Part shown: piece after piece, positions 8,330 through 17,885 of the stretch | How the letters are laid out: every line of letters begins with the position of its first letter | Position numbering within the stretch: position 1 is the stretch's first letter | Origin: a virus | Lineage: Duplodnaviria > Heunggongvirae > Uroviricota > Caudoviricetes | DNA: 43,890 nucleotides | Virus record (IMG/VR): IMGVR_UViG_2821013286_000001 | Location: 64,001 to 107,890 of that record | Direction: 5' to 3' (one strand) | Translations under genes and position numbers: made by a program | The notes under the pieces: model-generated | Seen by the model: the letters and a program-made list of their open reading frames with translations, nothing else | What the model was told of the DNA's origin: nothing | Database searches by the model: none

Positions 8330-9126
8330 TTATGACCAGTGTATTTTCCAAGAAGATTATTGAGCAGGCACGCGCACATGCACGTGAAGCCTATCCTGAA
8401 GAGAGCTGCGGACTTGTCGCTCGTGGCGTCTACGTGCGCTGCGATAACGTTGCGGCTGATCCCGCTACGCATGAGCCTGATAACAAGGACTGCGGCTGTC
8501 GGCTCTGCGCATTCATTATTGCGTCCGATTGTTTGAGTAAACATTTATACACTTTGGAAGGCGTGATTCATTCTCACCCCGATGGCCGGCCATGGCCTTC
8601 GAAGGCAGATATGATTTCGCAGATCCAGACCGATGTTCCATGGATGATTATGCCGCTCGATGCGGAGCTTGATTTGCCGCCTGTAATTTGGGGCGGCGAT
8701 ATCGAGCCTGTAATTGGTCGTGAATTCGTTCATGGCGTGACCGACTGCATGAGCCTCATTCGTGATGTCTTTCGTCTGGGCAAGGACGCTCTTGCTGAAC
8801 AGCACATTGAAGACTGGCCTTACGATCCGATCGATTTCAAGGACTGCGCACGTGAAGACGAATGGTGGCTTCACGGCGAGAGCCTCTACGAAGAAAACTG
8901 GAAGAAGTGGGGCTTTGAGAAGATTGCCGAGAGCGAAGTACGCTCCGGTGACGTGTTCATTGCCAAGATCCGCTCAAATGTTCCTAACCATGGCGGCGTC
9001 ATGGTCGGCGATGACACGATCCTTCATCACCTTCCAAACCGTCTCTCGCGCCGTGAGCCTGCGGGCATCTGGGCGCGCAATGCCTACCAGTGGTTCCGTT
9101 ATGTAGGAGACAGCTCCGATGCGTAA
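8326..9126 (+). CDS. Tail tip assembly protein K (JAB/MPN + NlpC/P60)
   Basis: 'YPEESCGLV', 'HSHPDG..PSKAD' JAB motif; 'GVTDCMSLIRD' and 'NHGGV..ILHH' NlpC/P60 motifs. Confidence 0.9.
   Translation: MIMTSVFSKKIIEQARAHAREAYPEESCGLVARGVYVRCDNVAADPATHEPDNKDCGCRLCAFIIASDCLSKHLYTLEGVIHSHPDGRPWPSKADMISQIQTDVPWMIMPLDAELDLPPVIWGGDIEPVIGREFVHGVTDCMSLIRDVFRLGKDALAEQHIEDWPYDPIDFKDCAREDEWWLHGESLYEENWKKWGFEKIAESEVRSGDVFIAKIRSNVPNHGGVMVGDDTILHHLPNRLSRREPAGIWARNAYQWFRYVGDSSDA
8536..8549. promoter_or_regulatory. Operator-like motif AGTAAACATTTATA inside gpK CDS
   Basis: Exact core TAAACATTTA followed by TACAC, as in the copy at 839. Confidence 0.5.
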
Positions 9127-9763
9127 CGTGATCCTTTATGGCTCGCTCGCCAAGAAATACGGCAAGAAGTTCCGTCTCGAAGTGAATACGGCTGCTGAGG
9201 CCGTACGTGCGCTTGGCGCAAATTTCCCTGAGTTCCTCAACGACATCCGTTCCGGCCAGTGGCACGTCGTGCGCGGCGATCACCTCGATCGCGGCGTCGA
9301 TCTCGATATCGACCAGTATGCCGGCCTTAGCCTTGGTTCGAAAGATATTCACTTCGCACCTGTCGTTGCAGGCTCGAAGCGCAGCGGCATCCTGAAGATC
9401 CTGCTTGGCGTCACCATGATCGCGACCGGCTTTGCGTTCGGTCTCGGCGCTGTCGGCGGTCTGTCGGCACAGGTTGCCGGTGGCGCGCTCGGCGGTCTGA
9501 CCTATGGCAATCTCGCAATCATGGGCACGATCATGACGCTCGGCGGTATCTCGCAGATGCTTTCGCCTGAGAAGAAGGACGAGGACGACGAAACCAAGTC
9601 CTACATCATGAATGGCCCCGGCAATACGTCTTCGCAAGGCGTTCCTGTCCCGCTCGTTTATGGCGAGTGCCTGACTGGTGGCGTGCTGATCTCTGGCGGC
9701 GTTGACATTGTTCAGGTCGCGGCCAGCGGTGGCGGCGGCAAACTCGGTGGTGGCAAGAAATGA
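9119..9763 (+). CDS. Tail assembly protein I (lambda gpI-like)
   Basis: 'LYGSLAKKYG..FRLEVNTAAEAVRAL', hydrophobic Gly-rich middle, 'GNTSSQGVPVPLVYGE'. Confidence 0.88.
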   Translation: MRNVILYGSLAKKYGKKFRLEVNTAAEAVRALGANFPEFLNDIRSGQWHVVRGDHLDRGVDLDIDQYAGLSLGSKDIHFAPVVAGSKRSGILKILLGVTMIATGFAFGLGAVGGLSAQVAGGALGGLTYGNLAIMGTIMTLGGISQMLSPEKKDEDDETKSYIMNGPGNTSSQGVPVPLVYGECLTGGVLISGGVDIVQVAASGGGGKLGGGKK

Positions 9764-12700
9764 AGCACATCACTGATTTCGAGCGCGTTTTCAATAACTC
9801 GGTTCCTCTGGTCTTTGGTCGCGGCGGCGGCAAGAGCGCAGGGAAAAACGACGAGAATACGCTGGCGTCCAAAACCACAGCGCGGATGATCGAGGTCATC
9901 AGTGAAGGTCCAATTGTCGGCCTGATTGACGGCAAGAAGTCTGTCTATCTCGACAAGACGCCGATCATGTCCGAAACGGACTACGAGAACTTCAGGAACG
10001 TCATTCTTGAAGAACATAAAGGCTACCCAGACGAAACCGCGTTCGTCGGCCATCCGGCTATTGAAGCCACGACGACGGTGGAAACCCAGGTCACAGTTAA
10101 GAACGGCCCTGTTGGTCGCACGATCAATGATCCGAACGTCAACGCTGTTCGCGTCATCATCAAGCATCCTGCGCTTGTGGAGCAGTCCGATAAGGGTGAG
10201 CTGAAGCGCACCTCTGTCAAATATGCCATCGACTACCGCACCTATAACGGTCAGTGGCAAGAAGCCGTTCTCTACGAAGAGAAGAAGCAGAAGACCCTAT
10301 CCGCGTTTCAGCGCGCACACCGCATCGATCTGCCCTCAACTGGCTCACCTTGGGATATTCGCGTTCGTCGCATCACGGCGGACAGTGAAAAGGACAACGT
10401 TCAAAACGATGTCTACTTCGACTCCTTCGTGACGCTGATCGAAGGCAAGTTCATCTATCCGCACACCGCAGCCATTGCGATGGAAGTGAACGCCGAAGAT
10501 CTCGGCTCTAGCCTTCCGTCACGTTTCTACAAAGTCCGCGGTCGCATCATTTCGGTGCCAAGCAACTATTATCCTGACGAACGCAAGTACGTCGGCGTTT
10601 GGGACGGCACATTTAAGCAGGAATGGACGAACAATCCTGCTTGGGTTTTCTACGATCTCATCACGCATGACCGTTATGGTCTTGGCGAATACATCACTCC
10701 GTCCATTGCTGACAAATGGTCCCTCTACACCATTGCGCAGTATTGCGATCAGCTCGTTCCGTCAGGCTTCCGCGACGTGAATGGCAACGATGTTATGGAG
10801 CCGCGTTTCACGTTCAATGGCGTGATCAATTCGCGTGAAGAAGCATTTTACGTCCTGCAGTCGATCACCAAGGCGTGGCGCGGCATGGCTTATTGGGCAA
10901 TCGGTCAGGTTTTCGCCACCGGCGATATGCCTTCTGATCCCGTTAAGCTTGTCTCATCTGCCAACGTCATCAATGGCGAATTCGAATATCAGTCCACTGC
11001 ACTCAAGGCTCGTCATTCCGCGATCCTGGTTAAATGGAACAATCCGGACAATTTCTATGAGCCGGAGGTTGAGGCTGTTGTCGATAGCCGTCTGGTTCAC
11101 GAGTATAACTGGCGCGAAAAGTCTCTCACGCTTGAGGGTTGCACTTCGCGCGGTCTCGCGCATCGCTACGGCAAATGGATTATCGATAGCGAGCAGCACG
11201 AGACGGAAACGATCAGCTACGCTGCGTCGTGGGATCATGCTGACGTTCGGCCAGGCGATATCATCGCAGTGTCCGACCCACACAAGGCGAAGATCCGAGC
11301 AGCAGGCCGCTTTGTTGATGTAAGCGGCACGCGCGCCGAGCTGGATGCTCCTTTTGACGCGACCGAAGGCGCTGGCTACACGCTAATGGCAACGGCTCCG
11401 TCTGGAAAGATCGAGTCACGCGCAATTTCGTATTTCGAAGCGCCTAATGTCGCCATTCTCAAGACGGCCTTCAACGAACAGATCGCGCCAAATGCGATGT
11501 GGACGATCACCGGTACGGATATCACACCGCGCACCTACCGCATCATCACGGTATCGGAGGAAGAAGAGAACATCTTCCGTGTCACGGCGCTGGAGCACGA
11601 TCCGCAGAAATATGATCGCGTAGAAAAGGGCATCGTTTTCGAGCCGCTGCCGTACAAGCGCGACGATAACGAAGTTTCCCCACCGACAAACCTTTATTGC
11701 CGTGAAGTGGGCTATATTTCGAACGGCACGTCCATCCATAATTTGAACCTGTCGTGGACGCCGCCGCAGAACACACTGACGCGTGGCTATTATGTCGTTG
11801 CCGATACGCCAGAGGGCACTCGCCTAACTCTTGGATACACCGACGAGACAGCCATTGACCTGATCAATTCCACTGGCGGCCAATATACGTTCTATGTCCA
11901 GACGGTGAACTTTGCTGGCCTTCTGTCGCCTCCTGCAACGCTCGATTTCTGGGCTGCCGGTGCTGAAGGCTTTGCGCGGCCTGTCGTCAAGAACCTTCAG
12001 CTGGTTGAAAATCCGAACTCGACGGAATTCAAATCGCGTGATCTCGCTGTTCAGTGGGAAAATCGCTGGCCGTCGTCCAATGACCCAACTGCTGAGAGCG
12101 GCACGGCAACAGAACTCTATTCGCCTTACTACCTGAACAACCGCGTGCGCCTGTATCGCGGTGACGACAACACGCTCCTGCGTGAAGTCTATGTCACGGA
12201 TTCCCGCTTCACCTATTCATTCCAGGCGAACGAGAACGACAATATTGCAAAGGGACGCGCAGGCGCTACGCGCTCGATCCGTGTTGAAGTTGTCTGCAAC
12301 GACACAATCGGTCGGACTTCGAACGCTGCATCCGTTACGTTCCGCAACCCGCCACCGGAAGCCTTGTCGCCAGTACCTTATGTCTGGGCGAATGAAATCT
12401 GGCTGAGCTACACGCGCCCAAAGGACGACGACTTTGTTGGCGCCTTGATGTGGATCGAGGAAGCTCCTGGCTACAAGCCTGAGCAGGTTGCTCCGAAATA
12501 TGATGGCACGAACAATCCGCAGATTTTCAAGCTGGATTATGAATCCGCCTATTTCGTCCGCATTGCTGGTTACGACACGTTCGGCAAGAGCGAACTGAAC
12601 TATTCCTCGGAAATACCGGTCACGACGCTGACGGACGGCGCAGATGTCGATCCGCCAAAGACGCCGACCGGCCTGAAGGTCACATCTGCGCTCGTAAATG

Positions 12701-14805
12701 GCCGCGCTCGGATGACGGTTACGTGGAATGCGAATAGTGAAGCTGACATGGCTGACTACGATCTTCAGATCGCAGAAGGCGCAGGCTCGTTCGTTTCATT
12801 CCTTATTACCGGCACGTCATGGGAAGGCGATGTGCTGCCTGGCGTCACCTATAAGGTCCGTATTCGCGCTCGCGATAGAAATGCCAACGCGTCTCCGACG
12901 ACCGAGACGATCACGCATGTCGCCGTTAAGGATACGACGCCTCCGGCTCCCGTCACCGATCCGAAGGTCGCAGCAGGTTTGAATTCGATCTGGCTCAACT
13001 GGATCAATCCGACTGACGATGACCTGGATCATATCGAGATTTGGGAGCATACGGCTAATGACCTGTCGAAAGCAACGATGGTTGGCGTTACCGCTGGCAC
13101 TTCGTTCTCTCGCTCTGGCCTGGCTTACGATACCACGCGCTATTATTGGCTGATCGCAGTTGACACCTCCGGCAACAAGGCCGCTGCGTCGTCTGCTGTC
13201 AGCGGCACTACCGCACAGTTGCCAGACGTGAAGCGTGTGACGACGGTTGGGCTTACCCTGAAGCCGAACACGCCTTCGCTGAATAAGGTTTCGTGGGGCG
13301 CGTTTACTGTCTCGACGGCAGTTCCAGGCGCAGACCCACTAACTGAAGCTGTAGCTGCCGGTTCTGCCACCTACACGACTGCGGACGTTTACCTGTATTA
13401 CGTGGAGGGCACTGGCGAACTGCGCTCGACCACATCCGTCGCGACCATGTTCAAGCAATACGGTCATCCGATCGCTGTTTATCGTGGCGGTAAAGATGCG
13501 GAGCTTGCTACCGGCAAGGCAATGGTGAATGGCAATGACATCATTGCTGGAACCATTGGCGCGCAGCAGTTGATTGCTGATCAGGCTATCATCACCGGCA
13601 CTGCTCAGATCGGCAAAGCCGTGATTGAAACGGCTCACATCAAGGAGATCGACGCTCAGGTTATCAAGTCTGGCAGTGTCCTTTCCGATACGATTGGTAT
13701 TGGCACAGACGCGGAAACACTGAAATCGCTTGCTGAGAAGGCGAACGATCCCGCCTCGCAGGTCAATAAAGGTTCGACTATTATTCAGCCTGGCAAAATC
13801 CAGATCAAGGGGAGCACATCCCTTTCGAGCTGGATTAATGGCGGCGACAGCACCGAGATTAATGGCGGCGCGATAGCTGCCGGTACAATCCGAGCTGTTT
13901 CGATGCAGATTGGTCAGCGCGGCATCACCATTGATGGCATCACATTCGAGCATAACAGCCCGTCGGCAAATCGTGTGTCATGGACTGCCGGTACTATTTC
14001 CTATGTTGCTGACAATGGTTCGAACAAGACCGTTGCTATTTCAGCGAGCAATGCCGCATGGACTGCCGGTACGCTGTGGCTCTATTGGGTCAAGGACGCA
14101 ACTACAATTAGCGTCACGACAGACTTCAACGTCGCCAATAAGAACAATACGGTAGTTCTGGCTTCCTATAAAGGCACCGTGTTCCTGTTTGCCGCTTATG
14201 GCCGTACCATCGTGGACGGCGGCCAGCTGAAGACGGACAGCATCGAAACTCGTCATCTGAAAGCTGGCGCGGTTACGGCTCAGGCGATCAGTGTCACTAG
14301 TCTCGGAGCTATCTCGGCAAACCTTGGCGCAGTTGACATCGATCTGGCGCGTGTGCGCTACGGTCAGCTCGATGCCGCATATATCAAGGATCTGACGGTT
14401 GACTCGATCAAGATTAAGAATGGCGCTGTAACGGCTCAAGCGGTTTCTGCTTATGCTGATGAAGTGGAACTGACCGGAAATCCGGGTACTTGGTACGACA
14501 TGATTTCTGTGGGCGTTTCCAATACCGTTCAGTTTCCTATCATTGTCGGCGGTGTAATGACTGTCGTTCACAAGAGCGGCGCTCCGGCGCAATACCGACT
14601 TCTTCGCAACGGCGTAGTTCTGGATACTTGGGATGCGGTAACGACGCTCACCAATACGACGCATATTCCTCATCCAATCCACTTCATCGATGACACAGCA
14701 CCGGTCGGATGGATCACGTACACACTTCAGCTTAATCGCCTCATGCCAAACACGGCGGTTCGAACAGGATATCGTCGCCTCACAGCCATGGTTTTCAAGA
14801 AATGA
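9760..14805 (+). CDS. Central tail fibre / host specificity protein J with FN3-like repeats
   Basis: 1681 aa; 'SEGPIVGL', 'WTNNPAWVFYDL', 'EPRFTFNGVI', 'GCTSRGLAHRYGKW'; FN3-like 'PPKTPTGLKV', 'DTTPPAPVT'. Confidence 0.92.
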   Translation: MKHITDFERVFNNSVPLVFGRGGGKSAGKNDENTLASKTTARMIEVISEGPIVGLIDGKKSVYLDKTPIMSETDYENFRNVILEEHKGYPDETAFVGHPAIEATTTVETQVTVKNGPVGRTINDPNVNAVRVIIKHPALVEQSDKGELKRTSVKYAIDYRTYNGQWQEAVLYEEKKQKTLSAFQRAHRIDLPSTGSPWDIRVRRITADSEKDNVQNDVYFDSFVTLIEGKFIYPHTAAIAMEVNAEDLGSSLPSRFYKVRGRIISVPSNYYPDERKYVGVWDGTFKQEWTNNPAWVFYDLITHDRYGLGEYITPSIADKWSLYTIAQYCDQLVPSGFRDVNGNDVMEPRFTFNGVINSREEAFYVLQSITKAWRGMAYWAIGQVFATGDMPSDPVKLVSSANVINGEFEYQSTALKARHSAILVKWNNPDNFYEPEVEAVVDSRLVHEYNWREKSLTLEGCTSRGLAHRYGKWIIDSEQHETETISYAASWDHADVRPGDIIAVSDPHKAKIRAAGRFVDVSGTRAELDAPFDATEGAGYTLMATAPSGKIESRAISYFEAPNVAILKTAFNEQIAPNAMWTITGTDITPRTYRIITVSEEEENIFRVTALEHDPQKYDRVEKGIVFEPLPYKRDDNEVSPPTNLYCREVGYISNGTSIHNLNLSWTPPQNTLTRGYYVVADTPEGTRLTLGYTDETAIDLINSTGGQYTFYVQTVNFAGLLSPPATLDFWAAGAEGFARPVVKNLQLVENPNSTEFKSRDLAVQWENRWPSSNDPTAESGTATELYSPYYLNNRVRLYRGDDNTLLREVYVTDSRFTYSFQANENDNIAKGRAGATRSIRVEVVCNDTIGRTSNAASVTFRNPPPEALSPVPYVWANEIWLSYTRPKDDDFVGALMWIEEAPGYKPEQVAPKYDGTNNPQIFKLDYESAYFVRIAGYDTFGKSELNYSSEIPVTTLTDGADVDPPKTPTGLKVTSALVNGRARMTVTWNANSEADMADYDLQIAEGAGSFVSFLITGTSWEGDVLPGVTYKVRIRARDRNANASPTTETITHVAVKDTTPPAPVTDPKVAAGLNSIWLNWINPTDDDLDHIEIWEHTANDLSKATMVGVTAGTSFSRSGLAYDTTRYYWLIAVDTSGNKAAASSAVSGTTAQLPDVKRVTTVGLTLKPNTPSLNKVSWGAFTVSTAVPGADPLTEAVAAGSATYTTADVYLYYVEGTGELRSTTSVATMFKQYGHPIAVYRGGKDAELATGKAMVNGNDIIAGTIGAQQLIADQAIITGTAQIGKAVIETAHIKEIDAQVIKSGSVLSDTIGIGTDAETLKSLAEKANDPASQVNKGSTIIQPGKIQIKGSTSLSSWINGGDSTEINGGAIAAGTIRAVSMQIGQRGITIDGITFEHNSPSANRVSWTAGTISYVADNGSNKTVAISASNAAWTAGTLWLYWVKDATTISVTTDFNVANKNNTVVLASYKGTVFLFAAYGRTIVDGGQLKTDSIETRHLKAGAVTAQAISVTSLGAISANLGAVDIDLARVRYGQLDAAYIKDLTVDSIKIKNGAVTAQAVSAYADEVELTGNPGTWYDMISVGVSNTVQFPIIVGGVMTVVHKSGAPAQYRLLRNGVVLDTWDAVTTLTNTTHIPHPIHFIDDTAPVGWITYTLQLNRLMPNTAVRTGYRRLTAMVFKK

Positions 14806-15233
14806 TCAATGCTCTACATATCGATTTCGACGCAACGACAGGCCAGATCATCCGATGGGGTGTCTGGCAAGTCGATGATTTCCAGAAACTCCCAATGGTT
14901 GCAGCCAAATGTGAGCGTGCGATTTTTGAAGTTGAGCCAGGCGAAGCTTATGACCTGTCAAACTGCTACATCGACCTGAATTCAAATCCGGTGAAACTGA
15001 AGAATCTTAAATCGTTCGATGCACCTGGCCGGATTGAATTGAAGATCGGCGAGACGGTTGAAATCGCCGACCTTCCGGCTGGCGCTACCGTCGAGCTAAA
15101 CGGAGTTATTCAAGAGATCGCAGGAAGCGCGTTGACGCTCGAAGGTGAAATGGAAGCGTCGTATGTGCTTCAGCTGAAGGCTCCGACATACAAGACGCGA
15201 ATTGTGGAAGTGGTGGTGCAAAATGCTGCTTAA
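14802..15233 (+). CDS. Hypothetical tail-associated protein
   Basis: 143 aa, ATGA-coupled to J. Confidence 0.55.
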   Translation: MINALHIDFDATTGQIIRWGVWQVDDFQKLPMVAAKCERAIFEVEPGEAYDLSNCYIDLNSNPVKLKNLKSFDAPGRIELKIGETVEIADLPAGATVELNGVIQEIAGSALTLEGEMEASYVLQLKAPTYKTRIVEVVVQNAA

Positions 15234-15621
15234 ATTGAAAATAGACCTAGCTCCGCTGAAGAGCAGTGCACGTCAGCGGATCGACACGTACGCTGAGGCG
15301 TTGCGCGGTCGCTTTATCACTTTGGGGGCAGGGCAGTCTCACGTCTATGCAGAGAAGGAAAGGCAGGCAGAACTTGTTTCGGCAGATGCTCATATCAATC
15401 CTGCTGTCGTTCCATATATTCAGACAGAAGCGGAGCTTTATGGCGTTTCGCTACTCGACGCGGCCACCGCTGTCCTGATTAAAGCTAACGAGTGGCGCAA
15501 CGTCTCTCCGATTATTGAATCAGGCCGTCTTGCTGCAAAAGAAGCAATCGGCGTTGCTATATCACCCAAAGAGATTGAGCAGTTAGAGGGGGATTTTCGC
15601 CAGTTCTGCGAGACATTTTAG
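15223..15621 (+). CDS. Putative tail-fibre accessory/assembly protein
   Basis: ATG at 15223 overlapping the previous gene; 'RQRIDTYAEALRGRFITLGAGQSHVYAEKERQA' resembles small helical proteins found after phage fibres. Confidence 0.5.
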   Translation: MLLKLKIDLAPLKSSARQRIDTYAEALRGRFITLGAGQSHVYAEKERQAELVSADAHINPAVVPYIQTEAELYGVSLLDAATAVLIKANEWRNVSPIIESGRLAAKEAIGVAISPKEIEQLEGDFRQFCETF

Positions 15622-15684
15622 AAACACTGTTAGGGGCAACTAACGCCTGACTGATTGAAAAATGGACTTTTGTTAGCTCTCATG

Positions 15685-15704
15685 GTATATAAACATTTAT
15701 ATAC
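15685..15704. promoter_or_regulatory. Operator-like motif, extended palindrome GTATATAAA-CA-TTTATATAC
   Basis: 9-bp perfect arms, just upstream of the AGGAG RBS of the first lysis-region gene. Confidence 0.7.
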
Positions 15705-15721
15705 TTTAGGAGTTTTCAAGC

Positions 15722-16057
15722 ATGTCTGCGCCCACGAAAGAGGCAGGATTTTCTGTCACACAGTCCCGTATTGCTTTCGTTCTGTCGTTGGTGACAGTAA
15801 TCGGCATTCTCTATTCAGTTATCGGCGCTTACTACGATGTCCGCAACGACGCTAAAGTCGCTCGCACGGAGGCGCAAGAGGCCAAACAGCAGGCATCTGC
15901 GTTTATGGATGCCTCCAACAAGAATAACGAAAAGCTCGTTCAGCAGATTCAGTCCCTAAGCGAGACAATCAACAATCTGGCACTCACATTGCGAGAAGTT
16001 CAGACCTTGCAGCGCGCCGATCAGTCCGGCGCTCGCTTTGAGCGCAAGTTTCAGTAA
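15722..16057 (+). CDS. Single-TM coiled-coil membrane protein at head of lysis cassette (holin/antiholin candidate)
   Basis: 'IAFVLSLVTVIGILYSVIGAY' TM segment then coiled coil; AGGAG RBS; directly upstream of endolysin. Confidence 0.5.
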   Translation: MSAPTKEAGFSVTQSRIAFVLSLVTVIGILYSVIGAYYDVRNDAKVARTEAQEAKQQASAFMDASNKNNEKLVQQIQSLSETINNLALTLREVQTLQRADQSGARFERKFQ

Positions 16058-16069
16058 AGGTTTATTTAT

Positions 16070-16594
16070 ATGTCTTTTATATCCCCGAATCTTCTTCCAG
16101 CCGCTCCGATGAAGCGGATCATTGTGCACTGGACTGCCGGCTCATACACCGCTTCGGCGCTGGACAAGGAGCATTATCATTTTGTGGTTGATGGCGACGG
16201 TCGCGTACATGCCGGTTTACACCGCGTCAGTGCGAACGTGGCTCCGCTGCGCGAAGGCAGGTATGCAGCGCACACTCTTTCCTGCAACACCGGCAGCATC
16301 GGCGTCTCAGTCGCTTGCATGGCTGGCGCTGTCGAAGCCCCGTTCAATGGCGGAAAATTCCCACTGAAACAGGGTCAGTTCGAGCGCCTGGCTGATGTCG
16401 TCGCCGAACTGTGCGCCGCGTACAAAATCCCCGTATCACGTGAAACCGTGCTTTCGCACGCCGAAGTACAGCAGACGCTTGGTATCAAGCAGCGCGGCAA
16501 GTGGGACATCGCGGTCCTTCCATTTGACCGCAGTGTCGTAGGTGCACGCGCTGTTGGCGACAAGCTGCGTGAAATGGTGAAGGCTCGACTCTGA
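16070..16594 (+). CDS. Endolysin, N-acetylmuramoyl-L-alanine amidase (Amidase_2-like)
   Basis: 'RIIVHWTAG', 'HYHFVVDGDG', 'AAHTLSCNTGSIGVS', 'LSHAEV', 'GKWD'. Confidence 0.88.
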   Translation: MSFISPNLLPAAPMKRIIVHWTAGSYTASALDKEHYHFVVDGDGRVHAGLHRVSANVAPLREGRYAAHTLSCNTGSIGVSVACMAGAVEAPFNGGKFPLKQGQFERLADVVAELCAAYKIPVSRETVLSHAEVQQTLGIKQRGKWDIAVLPFDRSVVGARAVGDKLREMVKARL

Positions 16595-16845
16595 TGAAAA
16601 AGACCTCCCCATCCAAAAGCTCGCGAAAGTTCTCCAAATGGCTGTTGGTGATCAACGTGTCTCTGGCTTGGGGAGCTGTCTACATGTCGATCTTTTATTC
16701 TCAGGCGGAAGCTGTGACGGCTGCCGCTCTGGGACTGATCGGTCTGCTCTACACCGGCTATGTGGGCGTAGGTCATCTGGACTTCCGCAAAGTGCTCGAA
16801 ATGCAGATCAAGTCCATTTTCAAGGGGCCAGGCGATGTTGAATAA
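16594..16845 (+). CDS. Holin-like protein (two TM helices)
   Basis: 83 aa; basic N-terminus 'KSSRKFSKWL', two hydrophobic stretches; between endolysin and spanins. Confidence 0.65.
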   Translation: MKKTSPSKSSRKFSKWLLVINVSLAWGAVYMSIFYSQAEAVTAAALGLIGLLYTGYVGVGHLDFRKVLEMQIKSIFKGPGDVE

Positions 16846-17167
16846 TCTGAAGCTTATTGGCTACGCAGTTGCAGTCATTATCGCCGGTCTCACCATCTGG
16901 AAAATTTACAGCGTCATTTACGATCACGGCTACGATGCCGGCACCGCTGTGAAACAAGCAGAAATCGACCGTACAGTCGCGGTTAACAATGAAGCGATAT
17001 CTCTCGCTCAAAAGCACGCGGACGCGCTCACAGAGCAGCTGCGCCAGAAAGAGATCATCTTCAACAATCAATTGCAGGAGCTAATGCATGAAGCTGATGC
17101 AGATCCTGACGCTTCCGTTTGCGGCATTGGCTCTGCAAGCGTGCGTCGCCTCAACGCCATCCGCTAA
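16835..17167 (+). CDS. Inner-membrane spanin (Rz-like)
   Basis: N-terminal TM 'LIGYAVAVIIAGLTIW', then helical periplasmic segment. Confidence 0.7.
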   Translation: MLNNLKLIGYAVAVIIAGLTIWKIYSVIYDHGYDAGTAVKQAEIDRTVAVNNEAISLAQKHADALTEQLRQKEIIFNNQLQELMHEADADPDASVCGIGSASVRRLNAIR

Positions 17168-17369
17168 GGCGCCGATCAATCTTCCTTCCGTCGATTCCAG
17201 GCTTACCGAGTGTAAGCAGCCGGTTTTGTTACCAGAGCGGCCACTAACTCAGGCCGAAACTGAAAAGTTTTGGGCAGCCGACCGCGACGAACTTCGGATG
17301 TGTGGAGAGCGCGTAAAGTCGTCCGCAGAGTATTATAAAAATCTCCGCAACAGTCTGAATCCAATCTAG
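17088..17369 (+). CDS. Outer-membrane lipoprotein spanin (Rz1-like), overlapping Rz
   Basis: Signal peptide with lipobox-like 'ALQAC', Pro-rich 'PINLPSVD..LTECKQPVLLP'; +1 overlap with the Rz-like gene. Confidence 0.72.
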   Translation: MKLMQILTLPFAALALQACVASTPSAKAPINLPSVDSRLTECKQPVLLPERPLTQAETEKFWAADRDELRMCGERVKSSAEYYKNLRNSLNPI

Positions 17370-17374
17370 GACGC

Positions 17375-17455
17375 GTTTCAAAGCCGAGCGATGTATATAA
17401 TATATTAATCTAGATTATTAGAATTATATTAATATGCGTCTCGCGGCTCTGAAAC
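17375..17455. repeat. ~80-bp imperfect inverted repeat with central TAATCTAGATTA palindrome
   Basis: GTTTCA/TGAAAC, AGCCG/CGGCT, AATATA/TATATT arms; perfect 12-bp palindrome at 17406-17417. Confidence 0.6.
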
Positions 17456-17456
17456 C

Positions 17457-17500
17457 TTGATCCGGTTACGTCCTCAGTGTATTCTGTGTAAATATTTATA
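17457..17500 (+). promoter_or_regulatory. Sigma70-like promoter TTGATC-N17-TATTCT with operator-like motif TGTAAATATTTATA (17487-17500) over the predicted start site
   Basis: Hexamers at 17457-17462 and 17480-17485; motif core exact. Confidence 0.62.
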
Positions 17501-17530
17501 CAATTTTTCAAGCACGTCCGGTTTTTCAGA

Positions 17531-17881
17531 ATGTCCTTTAAGCAGTATCTTCAGGCGAAAGCCATTCATACCGGTACGGAGTGGCGGCTGAGTTTCATCG
17601 TCACAACGTCCGGTTCTGCGCCATTTCCTGCATCTGGAAAGTTTCGCGCTCAGTTTCGCGACAAGCCAGACGGCAAAGTGCTCGCGGACCTGACAACCGC
17701 CAATGGCGGCATTGTTCGTATCAACGACAATTCAATCAATCTCGTGCTGCCAAGTTCCGCATCAAAGGCTTGGCACGTCGATAGCGTAGTCACGGATATC
17801 GTTCGCACCGACCTGACCAATCCCGTTCACCTCGGTTTCACGCTGAAGATCCCGGTTCGTCGCTCGATCACGCAGGTTTAA
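17531..17881 (+). CDS. Small tail-fibre-associated protein
   Basis: 116 aa beta-rich ('FRAQFRDKPDGKVLADLTTANGGIVR'), directly before the side fibre. Confidence 0.5.
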   Translation: MSFKQYLQAKAIHTGTEWRLSFIVTTSGSAPFPASGKFRAQFRDKPDGKVLADLTTANGGIVRINDNSINLVLPSSASKAWHVDSVVTDIVRTDLTNPVHLGFTLKIPVRRSITQV

Positions 17882-17885
17882 TAAA

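Noticed and set aside
2543-14682. Many 100-210 aa minus-strand ORFs over the TMP, K/I and J genes
   Set aside because: Antisense shadows expected from GC3-biased coding; no RBS, motifs or operon logic
17390-17445. Possible dif, loxP or telRL site
   Set aside because: No XerD-type arm, no 13-bp lox arms, and symmetry too imperfect for telRL; kept only as an unexplained palindrome
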